DNA of 64,000 bases. Source: Schmidtea polychroa. Its lineage: Eukaryota. Under the pieces are notes generated by a model. It was given only the letters and a program-made list of their open reading frames with translations, ran no database searches and was not told the origin of the DNA. Shown piece by piece: positions 48,327 to 60,929 of this stretch. The DNA lies in contig CM097885.1 of the NCBI GenBank assembly GCA_044892525.1, positions 18,912,001-18,976,000 on the forward strand, written 5' to 3'. How positions within the stretch are numbered: the stretch's first letter is position 1; each line of letters opens with the position of its first letter. The position numbers were made by a program, and so were the translations under genes.

Positions 48327-50499
48327 CACCTAATTCCACATGTTAAAAGTCTCTATAATACATGTTGGTGTGTTCATCAGTTGATGACTCACCATTTATG
48401 AGAGAGTTTATTTCATTTTTCATTTCAATTCAATTTTATTTTATGATTTTAGAAGTAAGTCTTTTAAATTTAAGTATATTTTAAGACTTGAATTTTGATT
48501 TTATATAATTATGAGATCATTATTCAAGCTCTTAAATATTACTTGTAATCAGCATTTATAATATAAAATATTGATAATTAAATTTCAGGTGTTTTTTAGG
48601 TATTTTATGACATGTTATGAATTTGGAATTATTTCAATAAAACGTAAGTTAGATATATTTTTAACTAAAAAGAAATAAAATAATCACCAAACACATTTAT
48701 TTTTTTAAGACATTTAGGCGTATATGGATAAAATTGTTTTTTAAGTTTTTGTTATCTTCTTTCTCCAGCTCATTTTTAATAGCCTCTTTGACGATGTAGT
48801 CGGATTTTGTCATTTTCTGAAATAAGTTATTAAAATTTACGATTTTCGAATTTTTTTCTTCAATTCCAAAGATGTCGATGGAACTTGTTGATTATCTTCA
48901 CACAACGACGTTTGACTAGAAATATCTGATATGCTGTAAAATATTTTAATTATTTGTAATTAAATAAAAAAATTCTTACATTGTCAGATCCTCACCTTCG
49001 CAAAATGGAAGCGTTTCCAAAGAAATATCTGAAAATCTAAAGAAATATTAACTTCAAAAATATTTTATAAATAGATCTTACGATTTTTTGTCGTCCTTTT
49101 CTCGAAAACTCAAAGTTGAGTTGTCAGATTCAAATTCCAAATTTTTTCAGCCATGAATTTTAATAATTTTAAATTAATGATATGTTAACAGTATGTTAAT
49201 GACTTTCTACTTTCGGAATAAAAAAAGCTATATTAAATTTACGTGTATTTCATATTATGTGTGCTGTGTTTGTATGTAAAATTATGTTTCTGTCACTTTC
49301 TCAATTCCTATAATAAAACTTTTAACATTCGGAACATTAAATTTTTGCACACAGGTAAGTTTGTGTGTTGCTATAGTATAATTTTATCGATTATTTTTTT
49401 TAGATTATAGAAACTTTTGTTGAGGTCTGTAAATTAAAATTAAAAAATTTAAATAAAATTTAGGATAATAATTCAAATGGAAAGTAAGCGAGGAAAAAAG
49501 GCAAATAAAAGCGGGATCGTGCACAGAATCAATAGTAAAGGAAAGTGTGATGGAAACAGTATGAGAAAATGCAAAAAGCAATTACGAAAGGCAAGAATCC
49601 GGAAATCCGAGAAAAATCAATAAATGGAAAAATTATCGAAATCGAATGGGAAAAACGGGACAGGTATAGATTAGCTAATGGTCAACAAGATGATGGTTAG
49701 GGATTTATCAGAAAAGGGTTAGGAAGGGTCGAAAAACATTCAAACGTATGAAAACAGAAAACGTTAATTAATTAATTAATTGGCTAATGGGAAACCCGAG
49801 CTAATGGGAAACCCGAGCCAATGGAGAACCCGAGAGATAAAGGAAACCCGAGCTGGGTAAACAAGAAGAAAGGCAAACAAAAGGAAGATTTGGGCCCATT
49901 AGTTTGACACAATGATTAATGGGAAAAGAGTAAGGAGAAGATAGCGCGCGTAGGAAGACCGGTAGGGCCATTAATTATCTGGATTCGTTGGACCATTATG
50001 AGTGACAGCCGAAGCAAACACGTAGGAGAAAATGTCAAACGAAAGATTGGCTCGGCAATAACCATTTGTCATCCTGATTTCGAGGAGTATATAAGCAAAG
50101 GGAAAATCAGAGAAAATCGGCATTCTGCCTCAGCTAGGGTTCGAAGAATTAGACTGTAGGAAAAGTGGTAAACGAATTAGGGAAGTAGGGAAAAGAAGAA
50201 ATAGAATTAAGAATACGGAAAGGCGAAAAGAGATCAAACCAAACCGAAACCGAGGAAAACGAGAGTCAACAGAACTAAAGGATCAAAAGGTGAATATTGT
50301 TTGTTTGCAAAGCATCAACGCCGAGCGGAGAATCGTATAAAACTTTGATTGGTAATTGTAGAGTGATAATAATTTGTGAACCTGTTGTTTCAATATACGT
50401 TGGGTCGTTCATTGTTTTAATTTAAAGAACACCAGGAGTCAGAGAGAACCGACTTGAAATAATCCAAAACCCAATACTTTTATATTCTGGATTTAGGTG
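48327..50499 (-). mobile_element. Second copy of the same Tc1-like family inserted in opposite orientation
   Basis: CACCTAATTCC...ATTTAGGTG with TA flanks; body is a diverged reverse complement of 50501-50700 and 53013-53900. Confidence 0.8.
49418..50476 (+). mobile_element. Solo LTR (~1.06 kb, Gypsy-like 4-bp TSD)
   Basis: TGTTG...CAAtA termini, TSD CTTT, TATA box (TATATAAG ~50088), CTAATGGGAAACCCGAG tandem repeats; splits the TIR of the inner Tc1 copy. Confidence 0.8.
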
Positions 50500-50701
50500 T
50501 ATAGGAATTGAGAAAGTGACAAAAAATAATTTTACATACAAACACAGCACAGATAGTAAAAAATACATCCAAATTTTTTATAGCGCTTTTCCTTCCGAAA
50601 CTTAAAAGTAATTAACATATTGTGAACATATTATTATTTTTAATATATTAAAAAATAATTGGGAAAAAACTTTTGATCTAGAATCGGACAACTCTACTTT
50701 G

Positions 50702-53003
50702 TAGGGTTTCTGAAAAACCGAGATTTTAAAAAACCGCGGTTTTCGGTTATGAATTAAAAAAAACCGCTGTTAACCGGGGTTTCTCGGTTTTTAAATTATG
50801 TTTGAAATTATGAATTTCAAAACATCAAACCATTTTTCAAAAGTCTTTTTCGTGGTTTTTGATAGTAAAAAAGCGATAGTGAATATTTTTAAAAATATTT
50901 AATTATATTTATTATAGGTGAGACAAAAATTAAACTTTATTATAGTAAAACTTGCTTTTTAATTGTCTATCTATCTGATAAACGATCGATCTGATAAACG
51001 CGATCGTATCTTTGTACAAAAATTGATACAAATTGAAAATACTCTTTCAACGTCAGTTGATGTTGGCTTTATCGAGAGTAATGCATCGTAAACATTTTGC
51101 AAATTTTCTGTTCTTTTTCCTGTGTTCTTATAAAGTATAAACTCTTGCTTGAGACACTTAAATTCATCTCGAATAAAATTTGGAATAGTGACTCTTTCCT
51201 TCTGCAAAAGTAATTTAAGTTCACCTTTAAGTGAAGTTGACACTATTTCTTGTGGTTCTTTAATAATCTCAATCAACGACGCCAAAAAGACGAGAAGCCA
51301 ATTTTCCAGAATAGTTAATTGTATTTTTAGATGGTATATTTGTTGGATCTTTCAGACATCGCAATAAATCCATTACTTCATCATTCAATCTTTCATCAGT
51401 TCTTTTTCTTAAATTCTCATACAACTCAATACTAATGGTATCGTCAATATTATGAATTCAATCACCTTGTAAGCTGTGATTGATGTAGAATCTTCACGGC
51501 GTAAAACTTCCACCGCCAGTTTTATTGGACCTATTGAACTTTGAAGTGAAGTTAATGCATCAAAATCTAATTTGTTTATTATATGAAGTGCATTTAGTTC
51601 AGCAAATGTATCAAAAAGGCAGATTTTAGTTTGAATAAGAGGATCAGTCATATTAGGAATTGAGTTCCATCTGTGTTTAATATCAAGATGCAATTCAATT
51701 TCTCGACCAAACTCAGCGAAAACCTTTGTTTGAAAATGGAGAATTATTGATATATTTTACTACCTTGCGGGAATTTTTCAGCACTTCATGAAAGTCAATT
51801 TCATCATCACACTGTTCATCATTTACCACTTCCAAATCCAAATTTGTATCAAAACAGTCAGACTCATCCGTATCATCAGAATCGTTTACTGAAGAGTTTG
51901 AAAAATTGTTTCTCTTTTTAAAAAGTGTGTCAGTTACGGCTAAATGAATACCATGATTCAAGCAATATAGTCCGATGATGTTAATTAAGCGCATAAATTT
52001 CTTGTTTTCAGCAGCCCCATCTTGAGACGATCCAACAACATCTTTTTCAAAGGTCACTCCAAAGGAATTCAAATGTTGTGTAACAATATCCACCATTGAA
52101 TCAGTAGGGCAAGATCCAAATATGTGAATTATACCTGTTTTATAGGTTTTCATGATTTTCCGCCGTGAAGATTTATGCCAAAGAATCTCCTGCCCCGTTT
52201 TGTTGTGTTTCATCTCTTTCTCAATTTTGTTTTTGATTTCATTTGTCATTTTACATTTTTATCTTCATAATCGTCAAGAAGTAGCTTCATTACATTAGAT
52301 TCATTAGCTGGCAGATTAAATCCATCTTTTTCTATGGAAGAACGAATAAAATGATTGCGTGTAATTGCTCTAATTGAAATTCAATCAGTTGCGAGATCAG
52401 AAATAATTTCCTTCAATGTTTTTCTTTCAACATAGTCCAATATTGTCTTGACTTTTTTTACTGGAACTGGCTCATTATTTTCACAACCTTGATTTATTAT
52501 AACATCAATTCCGTGCTTGTTTTTAAGATGAGATCGTAACGAAGAAGTACTTCCGCCAGAACATTTAATTGCGTTTCCGCATCGATAACAAATTGCTTCA
52601 ATCTCTTTCGTGACGGCATTTTTACGTTTAACTGCATAATTCCAAACCGATGACACTGGTGATGACATATTTATGGGCTGAAATGTGTATAAACTTTATT
52701 TAAGTGAAATATAAACTTACTCTACACTAAAATTTCCAATTTCGGGAATATTTTGGAAAAAGGAAAATGGCACTTTTTGGTAACTTATTTTTTTCAAAAA
52801 ACAAACTATCGTTTAAAATCTAAAATTTCTTTCAATAATTGTAACATAAAATCACGTATAAGATGTAATTTTAATTAAATATTAAATTAATTGATTGCAA
52901 TGATAAAATGATTATAAATAATATAATCGATTAACCGGTTTAATAAAACCGCAGTTTTCGGTTTCAATTATTTTTAAAAAATTCGCGGTTAACCGAAACA
53001 ATA
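50702..53003 (-). mobile_element. hAT transposon with 9-bp TSD
   Basis: TAGGGTTTC...GAAACaaTA termini, TCTACTTTG on both sides, subterminal AACCG/CGGTT repeats. Confidence 0.88.
50960..52668 (-). pseudogene. hAT transposase with BED zinc finger, multiply frameshifted
   Basis: SSVWNY..AICYRC..GGSTSSLRSHLKNKH, QDGAA, CLNHGIHLAV, LDIKHRWNS, PTSTDVERVFS..RSRLSD. Confidence 0.9.
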
Positions 53004-54494
53004 TCTACTTTGAGCTGTAAAGAATCTAATTATAAAATAATTTTAAATCTAATATTTCTTTAGATTTTCAGATATTTGTCTGAAAACGCTGCCTTTTTGC
53101 GAAGGTGAAGATCTAGCAATGTAAGATTTATTCATTAAATTACAAATGATTAAAATATTTTACAGTATATTAAATATTTCTCTGAAAACGCTGCCTTTGT
53201 GTGGAGGTAAAATTTCAAATATTGAGAAAGGTCCTTCGACATCTTTGAATTTGCAGAAAAAATTTTGAAAATCGTAAATTTTAATAACTTATTTAAAAAA
53301 AAATTATTTTCATAGAATTACAAAACATGACGAAATTCGACTAATTAATGGGTTTGAAAATGTTGAAAATTACGAAGAATTTGGAAGATTACTTAGAATC
53401 ACCAAAAAATAGATTGGAACAATAATTTACAGATATATAAAAATATGGAAAAATTTGTTAATGGGAAAAGAGGTAGCAGAAAACAAATTATTTCAGAAGA
53501 ACAGGTAAATAATCTGTTGGATTTCGTAGAATCCAATTTTTATGCATCTTTGGAAGAAATGAGAATTGTGTTTGGAGATTACTTTATTTATTTATAGTTA
53601 AAAATATATCTGACTTACATTATATCCAAATAATTCCAAATAATTTCATAAAATTTCATAAACATCCTAAAAAAACCTGAAAATTAATTAAAAATAATTT
53701 ATAATACAAATGTTGACTAAATGTAATATTTATATAAAATCAAAACTCAAGCCTTAAAATTTACTCAAAATTAAAAACCTTACTTGAAAACCATTTATAA
53801 AATTGAATAAATGAAGTAAATAACTTCATTTTCTCATAAATGGTGAGTCACCTCAACAGTAACGTGTATTATAGAAACTCTTATATTTCGGAATTAGGTG
53901 TATATATAATAATATTATAAAATAACGCCTGATAAATACAGTGAAAAAAAATTGTGTTACATCAGAATATAAATTTTTGATCAACAGTCGTAATGAAAAT
54001 AAATGAAATGTTATAGAAACATAAACGTATCAAAGATGAACAAAAAAGTAAATAATTTTACTGATAATTTTAATTTAAGTAAATAACTTGCCACTTAAAA
54101 CTTCATAAAAAGAAAATTTATCAAAATTGTTAAATATTGAAAATATGTCGCTCAGTAATTTTCCCAATTACACAAGTGATGAATTTCATCACGAGAGTAA
54201 AATGTTTTAAATTTTTAACAAATAAATTATTTAAATGAAAATAAAACAATTTATTATAATCTTTATTGATTTTGTGTGATATTTCCTTGACAAAAAATTA
54301 AAAAAATGCAAATCAGGATTTATTGAAAAAATTAAATATTTGAAAATTTATGCTTTTTTTAGAAATAAAATAATTATTTCTGTAAATTAATTAAAATCGA
54401 GATAAACGGATATCTTTCATTAACTATATTTTATGAACAAGTAGATAAAACGGATATTTTTATTTAATTTTGAAAAAATATATTTATTTTTTTA

Positions 54495-54495
54495 C

Positions 54496-54556
<61 letters not shown>

Positions 54557-54628
54557 ATTATTATTATTATAATTATAATAATTATTATTATTATCATTAT
54601 TATAATTATAATAATTATTATTATTATA
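54495..54628. repeat. (ATT)n microsatellite, degenerate at 3' end
   Basis: Direct inspection. Confidence 0.9.
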
Positions 54629-56670
54629 CAATGAAAATAATTGTTATCATGATACGAAACTTAATTTCGATTTTTTAGATGATGAATTCCAAGTTTTCCA
54701 TAACCATTCGAAACGGAAATTCTTTTGATATGTCTTTATTATAAATTCTCTGAATGGCTTCTATAGAATTTATGATAACACGTTCTTTAATTAGCATTAA
54801 CTTGTTTGGATAGATGCAGGTAAATATTATAATATTTATTGACTAATTTCAATGACATATTCATAAGTAGCTAAGAGTAACTTAATATTTAGAATTAAAT
54901 TACATAAACATTAAAACAATTAAATAAAACACACGGTAAATTTCACTAATTCACTAGAAAAGTAATAATAAAAAACATTTTTTGTCTTCATTCTCAAACG
55001 ACAGCAGATCAATTTTTAAAATTTAGACATTTGTTTAAATTTATAGAATTTATTGATATATAATTTTATTAAAATGAAAATAAAATAAATTGAAAATAAT
55101 CTATCAACGGTGAAGAAAATAAAGTATTTTTCATGGTAAAATAAAAATTCTTATTTCTTATTGTAAAATGATAAATTTAGGATCTAAAATTTATTCAAGC
55201 ATCAAAGGATGCTGTTAGCCCAGGGCGCTTAAATATCATCGCACAACCCCGATTTCTGCACTTTTTAATTAAAATAATCTAATCTGATGAAAGAAAATAG
55301 AAAGAAAACAGTTAAAATAAATCAATTTTATTGTCCAATTGAAAAAATCTGAAAATTCTTTCCGGGAAACATTTATGTATATTCAATAAAGCGATTTAAA
55401 TATCACTAATTTCAAGTGTAAATAAAAATTTATTTTTTCTTTTATCTTTTGAAATAAGAAATCATGTTAAATAAAAAAATCTCCATTGTAAATTTAATTT
55501 CATAGCCTGCAAATCAACTGTCACAAAACATTTATGAAATGACAGAATAAAACAGGCCTACATTTATTTTATCCCACCATGTTCCCACAAAAATTAAATT
55601 TAGGAAGGTAATTTTATTTTTCATTAAATTATCATTTTCATTCCAATGGAAATTAATTACTCAATTAAATTAATTAATTAATCAACTAATTAACATTAAG
55701 CGTAGAGGCGGCAAATGAATTTTCATTCCAATGGAGTCTGGAAAATGTGATAATTGATGATAGTGTAATAAAATCTGACAATTGAAATGCATGATAAATT
55801 ACATTATTAAATTAATACTACTTTTCTTTAGAGAAGCAGTTTCCAAACTTTTTCATTCCAAGATCGGTAAATGGTGTAAAATTATTTTTCCGAACCGGAG
55901 ATATAAGAAAAACAAGAAAGTATATGACAAAATTAAATATATATTCAAATATATTTATTATATATTGATAAATTCCGATAAATATTTTGTTTTAATTACC
56001 TGTAATGTTGATAATGGTTTCCCACACGGATATGGCTGTACGTTGTAAAATAACTTAATATTAATTTCACAGGTTTAGCGCTAAGCTCTGGATATTCGTT
56101 CTTCATAAAAATCCAAATGTGCATCGAAATAGCTAATTTCAATTTTGATAGCAGAAGGTAACTTTATTAAACCTTGTTTAATGTTCGAAAGGAACATATT
56201 TGTTCTGATAAACTCGATCTGGTATTGTGCATCATATTCTTTCGAAGCATCAACTAAAAGTCTCCGACTTGATTCATCAAATAGTAATAACTCATCTTCG
56301 GGAATAACGGCAAGCATAAATTCCAATTTGTAGAGATTCATGTCCCAATTTCCATGCTTCTGCTACAATTTTATTGTTCTAAGATATAGAAATTCATCTT
56401 TGGATAATGGATCAACTATCCTTTTAAAGTCAATAATGTCTGAAACTTCAACTGATTTGACTTTATTAAACTTCATTTGATCAAGATTTAATTTCCATAC
56501 GATTACATAACCACATAAATCCGCACTTACAAGGAATGAGTTAATTTCGTTATTGATTCTGAATGTCCATATAATATATCAATTGGCTTGACATCTTCTA
56601 AACTCCATGCAATTATAGTATCATTCATTCCACCAGTGAAGCAACTCTCGATTTATTGTCCCAAACTAAT

Positions 56671-57443
56671 TGTTTCAACCAGCCAGAGGGGATTGCCTCT
56701 GACTGGCATTTATTTGGCTTTTTCTATCGCGTCTGTGTGCGCGGTCTGGTTAGACCGATTCTTGTTGGTGTGCGCACACAGACGTGAGAAGTAGGTTTTG
56801 ATTGTTGTAATTTTTTATAAATTGTAGTTTGTTTTAGAAATTATTGATTCGACGAATTGTTGGAATTAAATAAGATTTGGTTTGTTTAAAACGGGATTGG
56901 TGGAGGATTTTTGAATCGAAATTTGGAGTGTTAAAGTTCCTTTGTTAAAATGGCTTCAGGTGTGAAATGTGATCCTTCAGTTGAAGAATATCTTAACAAC
57001 TTTAAATTAATCGTATCGATTGTCACGGAACTTTCACAGTCGTTGCCATAATTTTTCATGATTATGCATGGGATCGAGTCTTCTAAATTCACAGATAAGT
57101 TCGTCAATAAAAGCAACGATATTGTATTATGCATTCGTGAGGAAATAACATTGAATCATGCTATGTCGGATCTTTCAAATCGATTTGTTTGCAAAACGGA
57201 AATCAGAAATTATTTCATTGAAGAATTATCCAACCGATTTTCTCAGTTGTCCGAAGTAAAACATTTGGTTAAGTCGAAGTTTGAAATCGCGCGTGTGCTT
57301 CGACGGAAACAGCTACTGGATAAGATGGCATTATCTGATGATATCGAAATGGACAAGACATCATTCAAACCTGATCGACGTGGCCCTGTAGAGGCGGAAA
57401 ATAAAATCTTGAAAATTGTCAATCGTTTTTTTGGAATAAAACA
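56671..57443 (+). repeat. 5' LTR of element 2 (773 bp)
   Basis: Matches 60930-61704; I count ~5 substitutions and 2 single-base indels. Confidence 0.95.
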
Positions 57444-59941
57444 TGGTAGCAGAGCGTGGTTCCGGCTAGCCAGCCGGAACAAGGTATTATTGAGATTTTT
57501 TAGGAATGATATTTGTATGTATTATATTTTATTTACATGTGATAATTTTGAAACATTTCCCCTAGGGCCTGCCCTCCCTAACCCCATTAGAGGTGGATTG
57601 GCGCGGGTATTTGTCAACATATTAACAGGGAAGACAATTACTCGAAGTTGAATCTAGTGACACGATAGAAAATGTTAAAGCGAAAATACAAGATAAAGAA
57701 GGTAGTCAACCTGACCAGCAACGATTAATTTGCGCGGGAAAACAATTAGAAGATGAGCGAACATTATCTGATTATAATAGTCAAAAGGAGTCTACTTTGC
57801 GTTTAGTTTTGCGATTGAGGGGTGGAATGCAAATATTCGTGAAGACATTGACAGGAAAAACAATAACTTTGGAAGTAGAATCAAGTGATACTATTGAGAA
57901 TGTAAAGGCTAAAATTCAAGAAAAAGAAGGGATACCCCCAGGGCGGCAAAAACTTAATTTTGCCGGGAAAGTATTAAAAGATGGCTTAACGTTATTAGAT
58001 TATAACGTTAGGAAAGAAGCCACGGTACATCTGGTTTTGGGGCTGGCAGGGGGAAGTCCAGTATCAGATGCGGAGTTCGAGGCAGGTTACAAGAGACGAA
58101 CCGGGTGAAAGATTTCGTTAGGGCGTCTACGTAACCGGGTCTTAGGAGATGGATCGGACCCTGGGTAAGAACAAAGGAGAATGGAGGCATACGAAGATAA
58201 GTATGAGGAAGTCATAAACGAATTGGAGGAGCTGAGAAATAATGCTCGGAAGTTAGGGCGGGAGAATGAAGAAAAGGAAATTGAGGCAGATCTGAAACGG
58301 TTAGAAGCGGATTTCAGCAGAATCGGTGATCTGGTCCTCACGCAGAAGGAAGAGAGTTTTAGAGTAGAGTCGCGGAAGGGCACAGAAAAATCATTTAGGA
58401 GCGAAGAGCCCAATGAGAAACAGAAGTGCATAATGGGTTTGAAACTCTTGCAGCTGCCGATCTTTAATGGAAAGGTAATGGAATATCCTGGATGGAGGGC
58501 AATTGTGAGAGCCTGCATCGAGGACACGGATGAGCCGAGTGAGAGAAAGTACTTGTACCTGAGACAGTACTTAGAAGGGAAGCCGCTGCAATTAATTGCC
58601 TATATTGGATATGGGTCGCAGGCTTTCGAGGCGGCGATGAAATTACTTGATGAAAGGTATGGGGGACCAGAAAGGTCCTATTCCATGATGCTGGATGCGG
58701 TGCAGAGGTTCTTCCCAGTGAGGCTCAACGTCTTGGAGGACCTAGAGCGGTTTAAAGAGCTGCTAGGAAACCTCACCCTGAATTTCAAAGAACAGAAGAG
58801 GGAAGGCGAGTTGAACAACGGAATGTTGTATCACCAACTGCTGAAGAAGCTGCCAGAGACCATGCTGATTCAGTGATCACGCCATTGTGATTCGGGGAGA
58901 GAAGGAAATGTACAAACGCTAGCCGAGTGGATCAAAACGGAAGCGAATAGGCATCGGCAAGCAATGAGCATTCTGTTTGGAGAAGGGCGGACAAAAGGTA
59001 GAACTGTCGCCCCAACAACTAACTTCGGAAATGCGAATAGGGGCACGAATTTTACGGATAGTAGGAGAAAGATAGAGGTTAGCAGTGCTCGAAAAAAGGA
59101 ACCAATTTGTGTGAAATGTGGTTCCGAACATTATTTAAATCAATGTTCAGAGTTTCTAAAGTTGAATATTAAGGAACGAAATGAGTTTGTGACCACGAAG
59201 CGGCTTTGTTACAATTGTCTTACAACAGCTCACATGGTTAGAGAATGCGAAAAACCGAGCTTTTGTAAGGACAGAGATTGTACTCGAAAGCATCACAATT
59301 TGCTCCATGGCTCAGAGAATAAAGTTGATGGAGATCAAGAGCCGAGCAATGAGAACACATCAATGATGACGGTTCAAGATAGCCAGAGTCAGAAGATGTA
59401 TGTTCCTTTACGAACGATTACAGCAAAGTTGATTAATAAAGGAAAGGAGATCAAGATCAACGTATTGCTAGACGACGCAAGCAATGTTAGCTATATTAGC
59501 GATTGGGCGGCGCAAGAACTGGGGTTGGGAGGACAGTGTCAAAGCACTCCAGTTGGCGTGATTGGTGGACAATCACAAATGTTGGAAACGAAGCCAGTAA
59601 CGGTATTATTGGCAAGTAACAATAACAATTTAAAGGTAAATTTGAACGTCCTGGTGGTAAAAAAGGTCACTGGAGACCTGGAAATGTGTAACTGGAGGAA
59701 GTTATCGACGAAATGGAAGCATCTGCGATATATAAACTTCCCGGTTATGAATACAAGGACGCAGATTGATGTATTGATTGGTTCTGATTACCCATATTTA
59801 CATCGATCTATTCGCGAAGTAACAGGAGCAAAGCATGAACCAATTGCAAGGTTGACGCCCCTCGGATGGACATGTCTTGGTAGGATTGCAAGAAATCAAG
59901 CTCCAAGATGTTCGCATTTGGCTCAGAGTTATTTTGCGTAA
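56950..59941 (+). pseudogene. LTR-initiated leader - di-ubiquitin - Gag - protease, disrupted
   Basis: MASGVKCDPSVEEYLNNFKL start (stop at 57049), frame continues through PBS to [18 protein letters not shown]; Ub1 ~57601-57826 (frameshift ~57642), Ub2 57827-58054; Gag with frameshift/stops ~58105, 58166, 58874; CxxC..H..C knuckles; VLLDDASN. Confidence 0.85.
57444..57461 (+). promoter_or_regulatory. Primer-binding site (tRNA-iMet)
   Basis: TGGTAGCAGAGCGTGGTT, identical to element 1. Confidence 0.85.
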
Positions 59942-60888
59942 CGGAAATGTTAAACGACGGAGAAATGATTATTCATGATGTAGATAATTCTGAAGAAATG
60001 GATTATATTAAAGAATGTGATGAAAATGATGAAACACATGAAAACAAAAATGCTAGCGAAGATGGAGATAGTGAAAGCAATGAATGTGATAATTTACAAT
60101 CTAACGATATTATAAATCAAGAGGAAATAGAGCAAAATCGAGTCAATGAAAACGAGAATAAGTATTCTGAATTTGTAAAAAATAATACTGAACTATTAGA
60201 CAACGATTTTGATAAAGGAGACCAAGTTACAGCAGATGAATTAGAAAGTATTGTCAAAAGTCACAATCAAGAAGAAAATCTTGAAAGTAAATATAATGAA
60301 ACTGAAGTAGATGTGTCAGACAAGAATGAAAGTCATAATAGTCATTTAGGCACAGATGTTGTCGACATTAATGTTATCGAAAGACCGAATTCTTTGGTAG
60401 TAGATAATTTTCAAAACATGGAAGACGTAGTTAATGTTCAAGCGGATTCTGCTTCCTCAGAAAATCATTTAGAAACTGATCGAATTATGCCAGATTCTGA
60501 GAGCAATGACAGTGATCTTAGTGTCGACATTGTTAAAGATCATACATCCGACACAGCTAAAGATTCTGAACAAAATACATTTACTCAACCAACGTCTGCT
60601 TTAGATGATATCATTGAAGACTATTCACCTGGTTCCCCTTCATTAAATGAAATGCAACAGGGAAAAGTGGGGACTATTGAATTGGCGAAAAATGAAGAAA
60701 GAGGAATGGAGATATTGCACCTAAGCAAAATGAACAGTGACAGGGGCTTGGTCAAGTATGGCGATGGTGGGAGGACAATCCACCATGATGTATCAAGAAA
60801 GGTGCGTGGTGTGGCGGCCTACACCATAGAAAGATGGGTGTGTGAGGGGTATTGGAGAGAGGCAAAAAGAAAGGTTCCCCTGAAGTAA
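59938..60888 (+). CDS. Acidic low-complexity ORF replacing pol in element 2 (likely captured)
   Basis: Over 300 open codons rich in D/E/N/S with AT-rich codons, starting where RT should begin. Confidence 0.55.
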   Translation, partial: VTEMLNDGEMIIHDVDNSEEMDYIKECDENDETHENKNASEDGDSESNECDNLQSNDIINQEEIEQNRVNENENKYSEFVKNNTELLDNDFDKGDQVTADELESIVKSHNQEENLESKYNETEVDVSDKNESHNSHLGTDVVDINVIERPNSLVVDNFQNMEDVVNVQADSASSENHLETDRIMPDSESNDSDLSVDIVKDHTSDTAKDSEQNTFTQPTSALDDIIEDYSPGSPSLNEMQQGKVGTIELAKNEERGMEILHLSKMNSDRGLVKYGDGGRTIHHDVSRKVRGVAAYTIERWVCEGYWREAKRKVPLK

Positions 60889-60929
60889 TTGGGTGGTTGA
60901 TCCGCTAGAAGGGATCAAGGAGGGGGAAA

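Larger units (their letters stand above)
48205..53900 (+). mobile_element. Tc1/mariner-like element (outer copy) hosting nested insertions
   Basis: TIR CACCTAATTCCGAAATAT..GAGTTTCTATAAT at both ends, TA flanks; possible transposase HTH remnant ~53330-53570. Confidence 0.8.

Noticed and set aside
57797..58108. Host polyubiquitin gene
   Set aside because: Too diverged for a cellular ubiquitin and embedded between PBS and Gag.
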